Below, piece by piece: positions 45,746 to 54,708 of a stretch of 64,000 bases of DNA (position 1 is the stretch's first letter; each line of letters starts with the position of its first letter). Source of the stretch: a virus; the IMG/VR virus record IMGVR_UViG_3300015259_000005, positions 1,244 to 65,243 of that record; one strand, 5' to 3'. Position numbers and translations under genes: made by a program. A model generated the notes under the pieces. It was not told the origin of the DNA. It made no database searches and worked only from the letters and a program-made list of their open reading frames with translations.

Positions 45746-46192
45746 CTACTTGTTGATTCGCTCGAAGTGAACGAGGTCGTTGAACGTCTGGTCGGACAGA
45801 TCGCGATCGCTGTCCCAGTCGCCGCCCCAGCGCAGCGGATCGCCGAGTTGCTCGGCCACGCCCTGCACGAAGCCGGCGAAGTGGTAGAAGCGCAGCAGCG
45901 CGTTCAGCTTCGCTCGATCGAGCTTGCCGTTCACGACGAGCGGGCCGTCGCCGAAGTCGACCGGGTACGGCGCCGCGTCCACGGCCTGCGACGGGTAGGC
46001 GTTGTGGTTGCCGTTGGGCCAGTCGAGCTTCGAGCGCTTCGCGACGAACGCGGCGTGCTGCTCCTCCTGCCCGCGGTGGCCCTTCAGGATCTTGTTGTCG
46101 TACGTCTTCACCACGACGCGCATCGTCCGCTGTAGCAGCGGGTCGACGCTCCGAAGCTGGTGCTCGCTCTCTCGGCCGTAGGTCGCCATCAT
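45746..46192 (-). CDS. endolysin, M15 L-Ala-D-Glu peptidase
   Basis: GHR...Q..., SK....H....AVD, WGGDW, D..HFE. Confidence 0.88.
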   Translation of the reverse strand: MMATYGRESEHQLRSVDPLLQRTMRVVVKTYDNKILKGHRGQEEQHAAFVAKRSKLDWPNGNHNAYPSQAVDAAPYPVDFGDGPLVVNGKLDRAKLNALLRFYHFAGFVQGVAEQLGDPLRWGGDWDSDRDLSDQTFNDLVHFERINK

Positions 46193-46833
46193 GTACTCCG
46201 TGGGGTTGTGACCGCCGCGGCGCCCGCGGCGATCCGGTTGTGCGACAGCCCGAGGGAGTCGCAGAGAAGCGTCGCGAGCCCGACGGGGTCGCGGTGCCAC
46301 GTGTTGAACTCGACATGACACGCCACGTCCCGCATTGGGATCGCGTCGCGGATCCGGCGGTCGACTAACACGTTGATCTCGGTGGCGACGCGCGCCTTCG
46401 CGGTGCGCTTCATCCACCGATCGGCCCACCGCTTCTGCGCGTTCATGCTGTCGCGCACCGGGCGGTGACACGTGATCCAGAGGACGCGGTGCCCGAGCTC
46501 GCGGGCGACTTCGTCGAACTCGCGGCGGAACAACGTGAGCGGCGGGGCCTTCACGCCCCACGCGCCCGCAACGTCGTACGACTCGGCGAGCTCGCGGTAC
46601 GCCTGCTCGCGCAGCAGCATCCAGCGCCGGATGTACTCCCTCGAGAGCATCCGGTGCTGCATGGCCGCGGTCATGGACTTCATCGCGAAGTCCCTGTCCT
46701 CGTACTGCACGTGGCCGCCGGGCACGGGGGCGAATAGCGCGTCGCACATGGGCACGCCCATCGCCTGCAACACGGCTGCGACCATCGACGTGCCCGAGCG
46801 ACCGGGCCCGCCGACGGCGATGATGTCACGCAT
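46189..46833 (-). CDS. sulfotransferase family protein
   Basis: 5'-PSB-like GPGRSGTS, ED..F, WGVK.P, 3'-PB-like R.V.DS, V.F..W..DP. Confidence 0.75.
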   Translation of the reverse strand: MRDIIAVGGPGRSGTSMVAAVLQAMGVPMCDALFAPVPGGHVQYEDRDFAMKSMTAAMQHRMLSREYIRRWMLLREQAYRELAESYDVAGAWGVKAPPLTLFRREFDEVARELGHRVLWITCHRPVRDSMNAQKRWADRWMKRTAKARVATEINVLVDRRIRDAIPMRDVACHVEFNTWHRDPVGLATLLCDSLGLSHNRIAAGAAAVTTPRST

Positions 46834-46834
46834 A

Positions 46835-49705
46835 CTAGATCCGCTGGAACCAGATCGTGTAGGCCGTACGGGAGAAGATCGTATCGACGCCCGCGCCGTC
46901 GGTGCGACGGAAGCGCAGCTTGATCGACACGAGGCCGCTGTTCTGCGTGTTCACCGCCGGAAGCGTGAAGTCGAACAGACCCGTGTTTGCCGACACGAAC
47001 GTGCTGTGGATCACCGTCGTGCCGCCTTGGTGGCCCGTCACGACTACCTGCACGTCCCACGCCGTCGAGGCCGCGGGCGCGCTCGGCGGGTACTCGCCCG
47101 GCTCGTTCGTCGCGTTCATCGTGTCGGTCGCGTCGCCCGGCAGCTTGATCGTGGTGAAGAACCGACCGCGGTTCTTCCACGTCACGCGGCAGTCGAGCGC
47201 CGCGGTCAGACCCGCGACCGTGGCCGGTGATCCCGGCTGCGTCGCGTCGCCGGGGAAGAAATACGACGTGGTCGGCGGCGCGGCCGGCGACGGATCCATG
47301 AGCAACCCGACATCGAACGGCGGCAGCGGCATCCAGATGCGCGTCGCGGCGTCGATCGTGGCGTCCACCTGCGCCCGGTAGATCACGCGGCGCTGCGTCG
47401 CAGTCGAGGGGCTCGACAGCGAGAACGGCGTCTGCACCTGAATGCGCGTGTCGGTGTTCAGGTTCGAGCCGGCCGGATGGCTGCCCGACCATCCCGGATA
47501 GATGGTACGATTGTCGGTCAGGTGATACGCCTGATCCGCGTCGAGGAAGTAGACCAGCGAGTTGTCCGGGTGATCCCACGGCACCGTGTCGCCGAGGCCG
47601 CGGTACACGTTATTCAACGTGTAAGAGCCGTTGCCGTTGTCGGTGATCGTCTCGAACGCGAGGAACTCCACGCGCGCGAGGTCGGTGTAGCCCGCGTTGT
47701 CCGTGCCGCCCACGCCGCCGATCATGATCAGGTTGCGGCCGGCGCGGAGCTCCGCGGGCGTGCGCCCGATGAAGTCCTTCAGCACCTTCTCGACGAAGTC
47801 GACCGTGACCGTGTCGATCGTGATGCTAGCGACGATCGGGGATCCGCCCTGTCGCGCGAGCAGCGCGGCCGTCAACTGGCCCGTCGGACAGAAGCCCGTC
47901 GCGGCGTCGGCGCTCGGCTCCGTCGTGCCCGAGTAGGGCGCCCACGCCGTGGCCGGGTTGCCGATGTTCCAGTTGGGGATCACGCCGATCGCCGGCCCAC
48001 TCGAGCGCGGGACGAGCGCCATGATGCGCGAGTCGTTCAACTGATCCTCGGCGCGCGCCTGCGCGATCACGCCCGGCATCGGGAACACGATGGCGCCCGC
48101 ATCCGTGGCGGCCACGTCGATCGGATCCCAGCCCGTCGCGGGCGGGGCCGCGAAGCCGCCGTACCCGAGGCCGAAGGCGTCTTCCATGGCCGTGATGTCG
48201 ACGCGCCCGTCGCCGAGCTCGCCGAGGTCGAGGCTCAGTATGCGGATCACCATGTCGGTGATCCCGAGCTCGGGCCACGTCAGCTTCGCGATGTCACCCG
48301 GCAGCAAGTGCGCGCACTCGCGGTTCGCCGACAACTTCACTTTCGCGAGCGGGAACGAGCGGGTCAGTAGCTCCCGCTTCGCGATCATGCGCGCGACCGC
48401 GGCGTTCTTCACGCCCGGCCAGTCCTGCGCGGCGATGGCCTCGCGGTTGCCCTGGAGCGTGTAGTTCGCGAGATCCTGCTCGACGGCGCTGGTATCCTTG
48501 AACGAGTCGTCGCGGTCCTGATAGTTCACCTGAATGTGGTTGAACGTCTGGTTCCACGCGCCGCGCGTGAACTCCTCGAGCTCGAGCACGTTGGTCGTGT
48601 CGAATGCGAAGGCCGCGCTGAGCTCGCCGCCGGTGGGCGTGCGGATCAGCTTCACGCGGTAGAGTCCGCCGGCCGACTGCGTGAGCGAGCCGTGGATCTG
48701 CCGCATGATCTCTGCGATCAAGTCGCGCGCCGGGCGCTGGTCGGTCCACACGAGGCTGAAGCCGTTGCCCTCGCTGGCGAGCGTGGCGCCCGCAGCCTGG
48801 AAGTTCGACACGTCGATGTCCGCCGACGGGATTCCGAGGCCCCACACCGTGTTCGTCATGATGTCGTAGAGCACGGCCATCGGGTTCGCGTCGTCGCCGA
48901 TTCGGTGCTGGCCGCCGCCGAGCGAGAGCTCGTTCGGGAAGCGGCGCACGTAGAACGCCCACGGCTCGAGCGTGGTCTGCGTCCCGAGGTAGCCGTTGTG
49001 CTCCGACACGGTGATCGTCTGGCCGTTCGGATACGCCTGCGTCGGCGGCGAGACAAATTGGCTGACGATGCGGCGGCTGGTCGGACCGCGCCACACGAGG
49101 TACGTCGTGCTCAGGAACGCCGGGATGTTGTCGAGCGAGCCGCCACCTAGCACGTCGGCGAGGTACTGCGACATGTCGCCGTTCGCGATGCTGGTCGTGC
49201 CCGTGTACCACTCGAACTCGCCGACGATGCCGCCGCGCTCACTGTCGCCACCGAAGATGTTCGGCTTGTTGATCAGGACCGGCTGCGTGGTCGCGGTGAG
49301 GGGCACCTGCGCGTCGAGAGGGAATACCTGCTGCTCGCTGATCTCGATGCGGTAGAGCTCGTCCACCACGCCGTGGCAGATCGCAAGCTGGAGGCCGATG
49401 TAGTAGCGATATCCGACGGTGAAACGGGTCGTGCCGCCGAAAATGCCGCCGTCGATCTTCTCTTTGATGGGTGACACGAGGAGGTCGCCATACCAGACGA
49501 CGTTCGGGCCCGCGACCTTCACGCTTCCCCATACGATCGGAATCGCACGGCCCTCGGTGGCCGTCGGGAAGTTGAAGTCGCCCAGCCCCGCCGGCCGCGC
49601 GTCCTCGATATCCGGCTTCGGCTGCAAGATCGCGCTGATCACAGTCAGCGCGACAGACAGCAGAAGCAGGATCAGTGTCACATAGTCTGGGGGTCGACGG
49701 CGCAC
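46835..49705 (-). CDS. central tail tip / host-specificity protein
   Basis: FPTATEGRAIPIVWG.V...GPNV.WYGD, GYRYY.G, DANP, LLPGD, RG..DT; start set at the GTG after GGAGG. Confidence 0.85.
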   Translation of the reverse strand: MRRRPPDYVTLILLLLSVALTVISAILQPKPDIEDARPAGLGDFNFPTATEGRAIPIVWGSVKVAGPNVVWYGDLLVSPIKEKIDGGIFGGTTRFTVGYRYYIGLQLAICHGVVDELYRIEISEQQVFPLDAQVPLTATTQPVLINKPNIFGGDSERGGIVGEFEWYTGTTSIANGDMSQYLADVLGGGSLDNIPAFLSTTYLVWRGPTSRRIVSQFVSPPTQAYPNGQTITVSEHNGYLGTQTTLEPWAFYVRRFPNELSLGGGQHRIGDDANPMAVLYDIMTNTVWGLGIPSADIDVSNFQAAGATLASEGNGFSLVWTDQRPARDLIAEIMRQIHGSLTQSAGGLYRVKLIRTPTGGELSAAFAFDTTNVLELEEFTRGAWNQTFNHIQVNYQDRDDSFKDTSAVEQDLANYTLQGNREAIAAQDWPGVKNAAVARMIAKRELLTRSFPLAKVKLSANRECAHLLPGDIAKLTWPELGITDMVIRILSLDLGELGDGRVDITAMEDAFGLGYGGFAAPPATGWDPIDVAATDAGAIVFPMPGVIAQARAEDQLNDSRIMALVPRSSGPAIGVIPNWNIGNPATAWAPYSGTTEPSADAATGFCPTGQLTAALLARQGGSPIVASITIDTVTVDFVEKVLKDFIGRTPAELRAGRNLIMIGGVGGTDNAGYTDLARVEFLAFETITDNGNGSYTLNNVYRGLGDTVPWDHPDNSLVYFLDADQAYHLTDNRTIYPGWSGSHPAGSNLNTDTRIQVQTPFSLSSPSTATQRRVIYRAQVDATIDAATRIWMPLPPFDVGLLMDPSPAAPPTTSYFFPGDATQPGSPATVAGLTAALDCRVTWKNRGRFFTTIKLPGDATDTMNATNEPGEYPPSAPAASTAWDVQVVVTGHQGGTTVIHSTFVSANTGLFDFTLPAVNTQNSGLVSIKLRFRRTDGAGVDTIFSRTAYTIWFQRI

Positions 49706-49719
49706 GTGGCGCACCTCCG

Positions 49720-50595
49720 CTAGGCAATTCGCGAGATGAAGGGGTTCTTGGTCGGCACGGTCGGGAAGCCGCCGTACCGTCGGCCGTTGGCGAACTTGGC
49801 GATGCACGTCGGGAGCGAGTGATTGCAGCCCGCGCGCAGGAGGAGCGTTCCGCCGAGCGTCACGCTCTCGAAGGGGATGATCACCTGAATGGTTCCGTTG
49901 CCGCCGCCGGTGCGCGTGAGCACCTGAATCATTCGCGCGTCGCCGGTGAGGGACTGGAGCAGGATCCCACCGTCGAAGAACGCAGCGTCGACCGGGCCCG
50001 CAATGTCCGGGATCCCGGAAACGGTCAGCACCTTCCCGTTGATCGCTGTGATCGTCACGGTGTACTGGAAGCTCGCGGGGTTCACCTGACAGCCGGCGTC
50101 GTAGAGCACGTGGTTGCAGAGGTTGCGGTACGTGCGCTTCGGCAGGTTGCGGTCGAGCACGTCGTTGCGGCCGCGGACGCGGAGCTCCGCGCTGCTGCCC
50201 TCGAACGCGACGGTCGCCACGGTGCCACGGAAGTAGGTGATCACCGCCGCCGCAGGCAGGTTGAGCGTGCCGTCCGTGTCGACGGTGACGCCCGTGTCGT
50301 TCACCTGTCCGCGGAAGATCCGAACGTTGTCGAGCAGCGCCGGGACGGTCACGATGTACCGGATCGCCAGCGGATGGTCGCGCCGAAGACGCAGCGCGAG
50401 CGTCTGCCCGTTCGTCTCGAGGCTCTCCTGAATCACCTGCGATCGGCCGAGCACCTCGGGCTCGTAGCGCTCCGCGTTGTAGAACACGGGCTGGTCGGCC
50501 GAGGTCAGCAGCGTGCGACCGGCCGCGGTCGTGAACTCGTAGAGCTCGACGACCTCGCCGGCGGACTGACTCTGCTCTTGCGCTAGGTAGGTCAT
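49720..50595 (-). CDS. baseplate hub protein (DUF2163/BR0599-like)
   Basis: ELYEF, C.HVLYD..C, GC......C..KF.N...YGGFP.VP..NPF. Confidence 0.85.
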   Translation of the reverse strand: MTYLAQEQSQSAGEVVELYEFTTAAGRTLLTSADQPVFYNAERYEPEVLGRSQVIQESLETNGQTLALRLRRDHPLAIRYIVTVPALLDNVRIFRGQVNDTGVTVDTDGTLNLPAAAVITYFRGTVATVAFEGSSAELRVRGRNDVLDRNLPKRTYRNLCNHVLYDAGCQVNPASFQYTVTITAINGKVLTVSGIPDIAGPVDAAFFDGGILLQSLTGDARMIQVLTRTGGGNGTIQVIIPFESVTLGGTLLLRAGCNHSLPTCIAKFANGRRYGGFPTVPTKNPFISRIA

Positions 50596-52343
50596 TCGAT
50601 CACCTCGACGATCGGCACTTCGAGCACCGCGTCGGCCTGGGACTGTTCGTGCTCGATGGTGAGCACGTCAGAGTCGAAGCGTACGCGGTGCAGGAACGAC
50701 ACGCGCAGCACGTCGCTGAGCGGCACGTCCACGCCCCACGCGGAGTCGACCGTGAAGTCCTCTTCGTTGTTGCCCACGTCCGCGCTCGCGATGATCCGAC
50801 GGATCAGCGGCGTCGAGGTGCTGCGGCGGAACACGATGATGTCCCGGCGCGGGCTCTGCTGGTCGACGAACCGGGCGTAGTCGGTGAGACGGGCGGTGAA
50901 GCCCGTGCTCGCACTGCCGAGTGGGTCGATGAGCTCGAGGTCCGCGCCGAAGGTCGGGAGCCAGAACGACACGCGACGCCCCTGGAAGCGGTGCAGTAGC
51001 GCGTGCAGCGCCCACTTCTCGGCGAGGGTGTTGACGATGAACGTCTTCGTGGTGCGGTTCTCGGGCGCGAAGCGGTTCCCGTACATGATGAACCCGCCGC
51101 CGTCGCCGTCCACCTGCTCTTTGCCCTGGATGAACTCTTCGGCCAGCGCGCCGGTCACGTAGTTGAAGCCGAGCACGACCGTCAAACCCTGGTAGGTCGT
51201 CGTCTCGAGCGGCGTCGCGGCCGCGAGGCGGGCCTGCGGCTTCCCGTCCACGCTGTGCCACTCCGCGCGGAACCGCTGCGGGCCGACGCGGTACCGCGGT
51301 GCCTGCATCTCGTCGGAGAGGTAGGCGAAACGCAGCGGCATGATCAGCGTCCCGAGCGGGTGCGCCTGCTCGAGCGGTCGCTCGAGCGTGAGCGTCGCGT
51401 CGGTGCGGCTCAGGATCGTGATCACCTCGAAGTCGTTCCACGCACGCCACAGAATGCCGAGCTTCGAGTCGCCGAAGTCGCGGAAGTCCACTGCGGCCGA
51501 GTTGATCGAGATGCTCGAGGCGCCGATCGAGAGCGCGCTGTTGATTCGCTGCGCCTCGTGCCACATGGGGACGGCGAACAGCGCGTGCCACCCGAACATG
51601 CGATTGATCAGCGCGGTGCGCTCCGGGCCGGAGGTCATGTAGTCCATGCCGTAGACGACACGCGGGGTCACCCACGCGGACGCTCGCTGCTCGATGCCGC
51701 TGCGCGACACGAGCACGTCCGTCTTGTACCGGAGCTCCTCGACGAGCGGCACCTGCGGTCGGAACGGGAAGATCACCGTTCGGTCGCCGAGGATGTCGAA
51801 CAGCAGATCGGTCTGGCCGCCGGTGAGCACCCACGACAGTTGGGCGTCAATCTTCGGCGGGCCGTCGAGATCGACGTTCAGCGTGAAAAGCTGGTCGTCC
51901 CACGGATTCAACACGTAGGGGAACGACGCCGGCGTGATGCTCAGGCCGTCCGGGTTCGTGATGTTGTGGTCGGTGACGTTACGCGACGCGGTGCGTACGA
52001 AGTTCGTGACGAGGAAGTCGAACGTCTGCGCTTCGGTGATGTTCCCGAGGTCGAGCACGCGCTCCCAGTCGGACATGAGGTCGTCGATCGTCTCACCGCC
52101 GACGATCACGCGGCTGCGCACGAGGTGGACGCGGCCGTAGAAGTCGTCGGCGAACGTGTCGATCAACGTCGCGCCCGAGCTCGTCAGCACCGGCGGCTGC
52201 GGATTCTGCGCGCCCGCGCCTGCTGCGGCCTCGAACGGATCCGTCGGCTCGAGGTAGCCGGTCGTGGCGCCGGGAAGCATGTTGAGGGCCGTCAACGCTG
52301 TCGGCGTCGCAAACCCTGCAAGGAAGGTGCTCTGAATCAGCAT
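50592..52343 (-). CDS. distal tail/virion structural protein
   Basis: DDFY.R.H, E.L...TDV..S.SG.EQR, GR...FW.P, R.D.D...IEH. Confidence 0.75.
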   Translation of the reverse strand: MLIQSTFLAGFATPTALTALNMLPGATTGYLEPTDPFEAAAGAGAQNPQPPVLTSSGATLIDTFADDFYGRVHLVRSRVIVGGETIDDLMSDWERVLDLGNITEAQTFDFLVTNFVRTASRNVTDHNITNPDGLSITPASFPYVLNPWDDQLFTLNVDLDGPPKIDAQLSWVLTGGQTDLLFDILGDRTVIFPFRPQVPLVEELRYKTDVLVSRSGIEQRASAWVTPRVVYGMDYMTSGPERTALINRMFGWHALFAVPMWHEAQRINSALSIGASSISINSAAVDFRDFGDSKLGILWRAWNDFEVITILSRTDATLTLERPLEQAHPLGTLIMPLRFAYLSDEMQAPRYRVGPQRFRAEWHSVDGKPQARLAAATPLETTTYQGLTVVLGFNYVTGALAEEFIQGKEQVDGDGGGFIMYGNRFAPENRTTKTFIVNTLAEKWALHALLHRFQGRRVSFWLPTFGADLELIDPLGSASTGFTARLTDYARFVDQQSPRRDIIVFRRSTSTPLIRRIIASADVGNNEEDFTVDSAWGVDVPLSDVLRVSFLHRVRFDSDVLTIEHEQSQADAVLEVPIVEVIE

Positions 52344-52344
52344 G

Positions 52345-53328
52345 TTAGGGGATCTGCTTGTACGCCAGCCCGAACCAGCCCGTGCTGGTGATGTCTTCGC
52401 CGAACGATGCACCCGGCGTCAGGAACATGGAGGTGCCTTTCACCCACAACGGAAACAGGTGCCACGTGTCGCTGCCGAGCGTGAGGGTGTTGCCGCCGAC
52501 GAAATACTGCATGTTCACCCAGCGCGCGTCGTGTACGCTGCCGAGGAAGTTGAAGTGCGTCGTCCCGATCGGGATCTTTGAGTAGATCGGGATCAGCGGC
52601 GTGAGTCCGTTCTGAGTGTTGACGCCCATCGTGAAAAGGTCGATGGTGATCGAGTCCTCACCGTTCCCGAACGAGATCGGCGTCCAGCCGACGTGCATGT
52701 CGCCGTTCGCGCTCTTGAGATAATTCTCGACGTTCGACTTCGCGCCGGCATCGGACGACGTGAGCGTGCTGCCGATCATAGACACGTAGGTGGAGCGCTG
52801 CGTGCTCACCTGACCGCACTGGAAAGGCATCGCGTTCTCCGAACGCGCGCGATCCGTGGTCGTGTCGCTGACGAACGTCGCCTGACAGTATGCGCCGCCC
52901 GCGTAGGCCCCCGACTTGTCCATCACCCCGACCATGAAGTGCGAGAAGACGCCGGGGGTAACTTCGCACACCGCGTGAACATACACGACGGTGCCCGCGC
53001 TGACGATGCGGGAAAAGATCCAGTAGTTCGTCATGTTCGCGGCAAGCGGATTCTGCCGCACCTGATTGCCTGCGGTCGTGGGGCTGGTGACCGTGCCGGA
53101 CTGGGCGGTCCATGCGGACCCGCCGGCCACCGCGCCGCTGAACGGAAGAGCCTGAATGATGTTCGCGGTCATCTTGATCGCGAAGTTGTGCCCCGTAGCA
53201 GCAAGGGTGTACCCGAACTCGTCCGCGCCCGAGAGCGCCGTTTCGGTGAAGCCGACACCCGTCAGCGCGTTGCGAAGCGCGGTGCGATAGTCGCTGAAGG
53301 TGGGGTTGACCATCGTGGTGAAGGCCAT
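52345..53328 (-). CDS. virion structural protein
   Basis: G.DTW..FP...K...G..G.AYK C-terminus; tail cluster. Confidence 0.7.
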   Translation of the reverse strand: MAFTTMVNPTFSDYRTALRNALTGVGFTETALSGADEFGYTLAATGHNFAIKMTANIIQALPFSGAVAGGSAWTAQSGTVTSPTTAGNQVRQNPLAANMTNYWIFSRIVSAGTVVYVHAVCEVTPGVFSHFMVGVMDKSGAYAGGAYCQATFVSDTTTDRARSENAMPFQCGQVSTQRSTYVSMIGSTLTSSDAGAKSNVENYLKSANGDMHVGWTPISFGNGEDSITIDLFTMGVNTQNGLTPLIPIYSKIPIGTTHFNFLGSVHDARWVNMQYFVGGNTLTLGSDTWHLFPLWVKGTSMFLTPGASFGEDITSTGWFGLAYKQIP

Positions 53329-53337
53329 GGGGATCTC

Positions 53338-54699
53338 CTAGACCAGCTTGAGCGACCAGAAGTTCTGTTCCTGCTGGCGCGAGATGTTGGGGAACATGAT
53401 GTACGGGTCGCTGCCGACGGTGAAAATTTCCTCGAGCGGGACGCCCGGCTGCGCGAGCCCATTCGTGCAGAACACACTGGCGACTTCGCCCATGATGGGG
53501 TGACGGTTTGTTTCGCCCTGGATCACCATGCACGGCAGCGCATAACGCTCCGTGGACGGAGCACCTCGCATCGGAGTGATGAAGAGAGCGCCGCCGAGGT
53601 AGATGTTCGTGCCCACGCCTCGGCCCTGCGCGCCATAGATGACACCCTGCACCGTTTGCCCCGGTGAGGCCCACGGCCAGAAGCACGAGTCGTTGGCACT
53701 CGGGGAGCTCGTCTGAAGATCGCCCGAGGCGAAGCCCGTGCCGCTCTGCACACCGCGCCCGAAGACTTCCTTCCACACGCCCTCGGGACTGCGAAAGAAC
53801 GAGGATCCCGCTCCGTTCATCCACGGCGCCATGTGGTCTTCGACCGTCGAGTTGGGCGCGGTGTTGAACGTCGTGGTGTCGCCCGCGACCATGAGGGGGT
53901 ACGGATACTGCTGCTTCGTGGCGAACACGTCGATGAACCCGCCCCACATCTGGTGGTAGTCACCCGACACACGCCCGACCAAGCAGAAGTGACGGTGGCT
54001 CGCGACGAGCCAGTAGGAGATGCTCGAGCCCGTGCCGACGGCCATGTAGACCAGCGTCGACACGTTGCCGGTGCCTGCCGCGTTCTCGAATCCGCGAAGC
54101 ACGAGAGTGCCCGACGTGTTGTCGATGTTGAAGCGGACGTAGAAGTAGTCCGTCGGATCGCTTGAGCCCGACACCCGCCGGCCGCGCAGGTTGACGGCCG
54201 TCTTGGCGAGGTTGGTCGTGCTCGCCTCGAACTCGGCGAACCAGCGATCGTTCGTCGGGAGCCCGTTGGCCGCGAGCGTGAAGTCCCAGCCTTCCGTCGT
54301 CGCAAGCGGCGGGTCCGAGTTGTTCGTGCGGTTGATTCGGAACGCGACGCCGTGCGTCTGCTGGCCGTTGAAGTTGTAGTCGGTCGATACCCCCGCCGCG
54401 GCGGCGATCGCCGCATCGAGCACGCCGGCCGTGCTGTGCGAGAGGGTGAACACGTCGCCGCCGTTGTGGCGGAGCGAGTACGTTCCCGTCGTCAGCGCGA
54501 GGTTCTTGTGCGTGTCGATCTGCTCGAGGACGTTCGTGTGCGTGCCGACTACGACGTTCGTCGCGATCTCCGGGTTGCCCGTGAGGTAGCGTCGCACGCG
54601 AAAGAACAACTCCTGATTGCCGACGGCAGCGACGGTGTGGCCCGTCGGGATCACATAGCCGCCCGGCGCCGCAGCGCCCGCAGAGATTACGAAGGCCAA
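53338..54699 (-). CDS. virion structural protein
   Basis: QYPYPLMVAG, GE...VF, Y..FPN..R; follows the tape measure. Confidence 0.7.
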   Translation of the reverse strand: MAFVISAGAAAPGGYVIPTGHTVAAVGNQELFFRVRRYLTGNPEIATNVVVGTHTNVLEQIDTHKNLALTTGTYSLRHNGGDVFTLSHSTAGVLDAAIAAAAGVSTDYNFNGQQTHGVAFRINRTNNSDPPLATTEGWDFTLAANGLPTNDRWFAEFEASTTNLAKTAVNLRGRRVSGSSDPTDYFYVRFNIDNTSGTLVLRGFENAAGTGNVSTLVYMAVGTGSSISYWLVASHRHFCLVGRVSGDYHQMWGGFIDVFATKQQYPYPLMVAGDTTTFNTAPNSTVEDHMAPWMNGAGSSFFRSPEGVWKEVFGRGVQSGTGFASGDLQTSSPSANDSCFWPWASPGQTVQGVIYGAQGRGVGTNIYLGGALFITPMRGAPSTERYALPCMVIQGETNRHPIMGEVASVFCTNGLAQPGVPLEEIFTVGSDPYIMFPNISRQQEQNFWSLKLV

Positions 54700-54708
54700 G
54701 GGGTTCTC

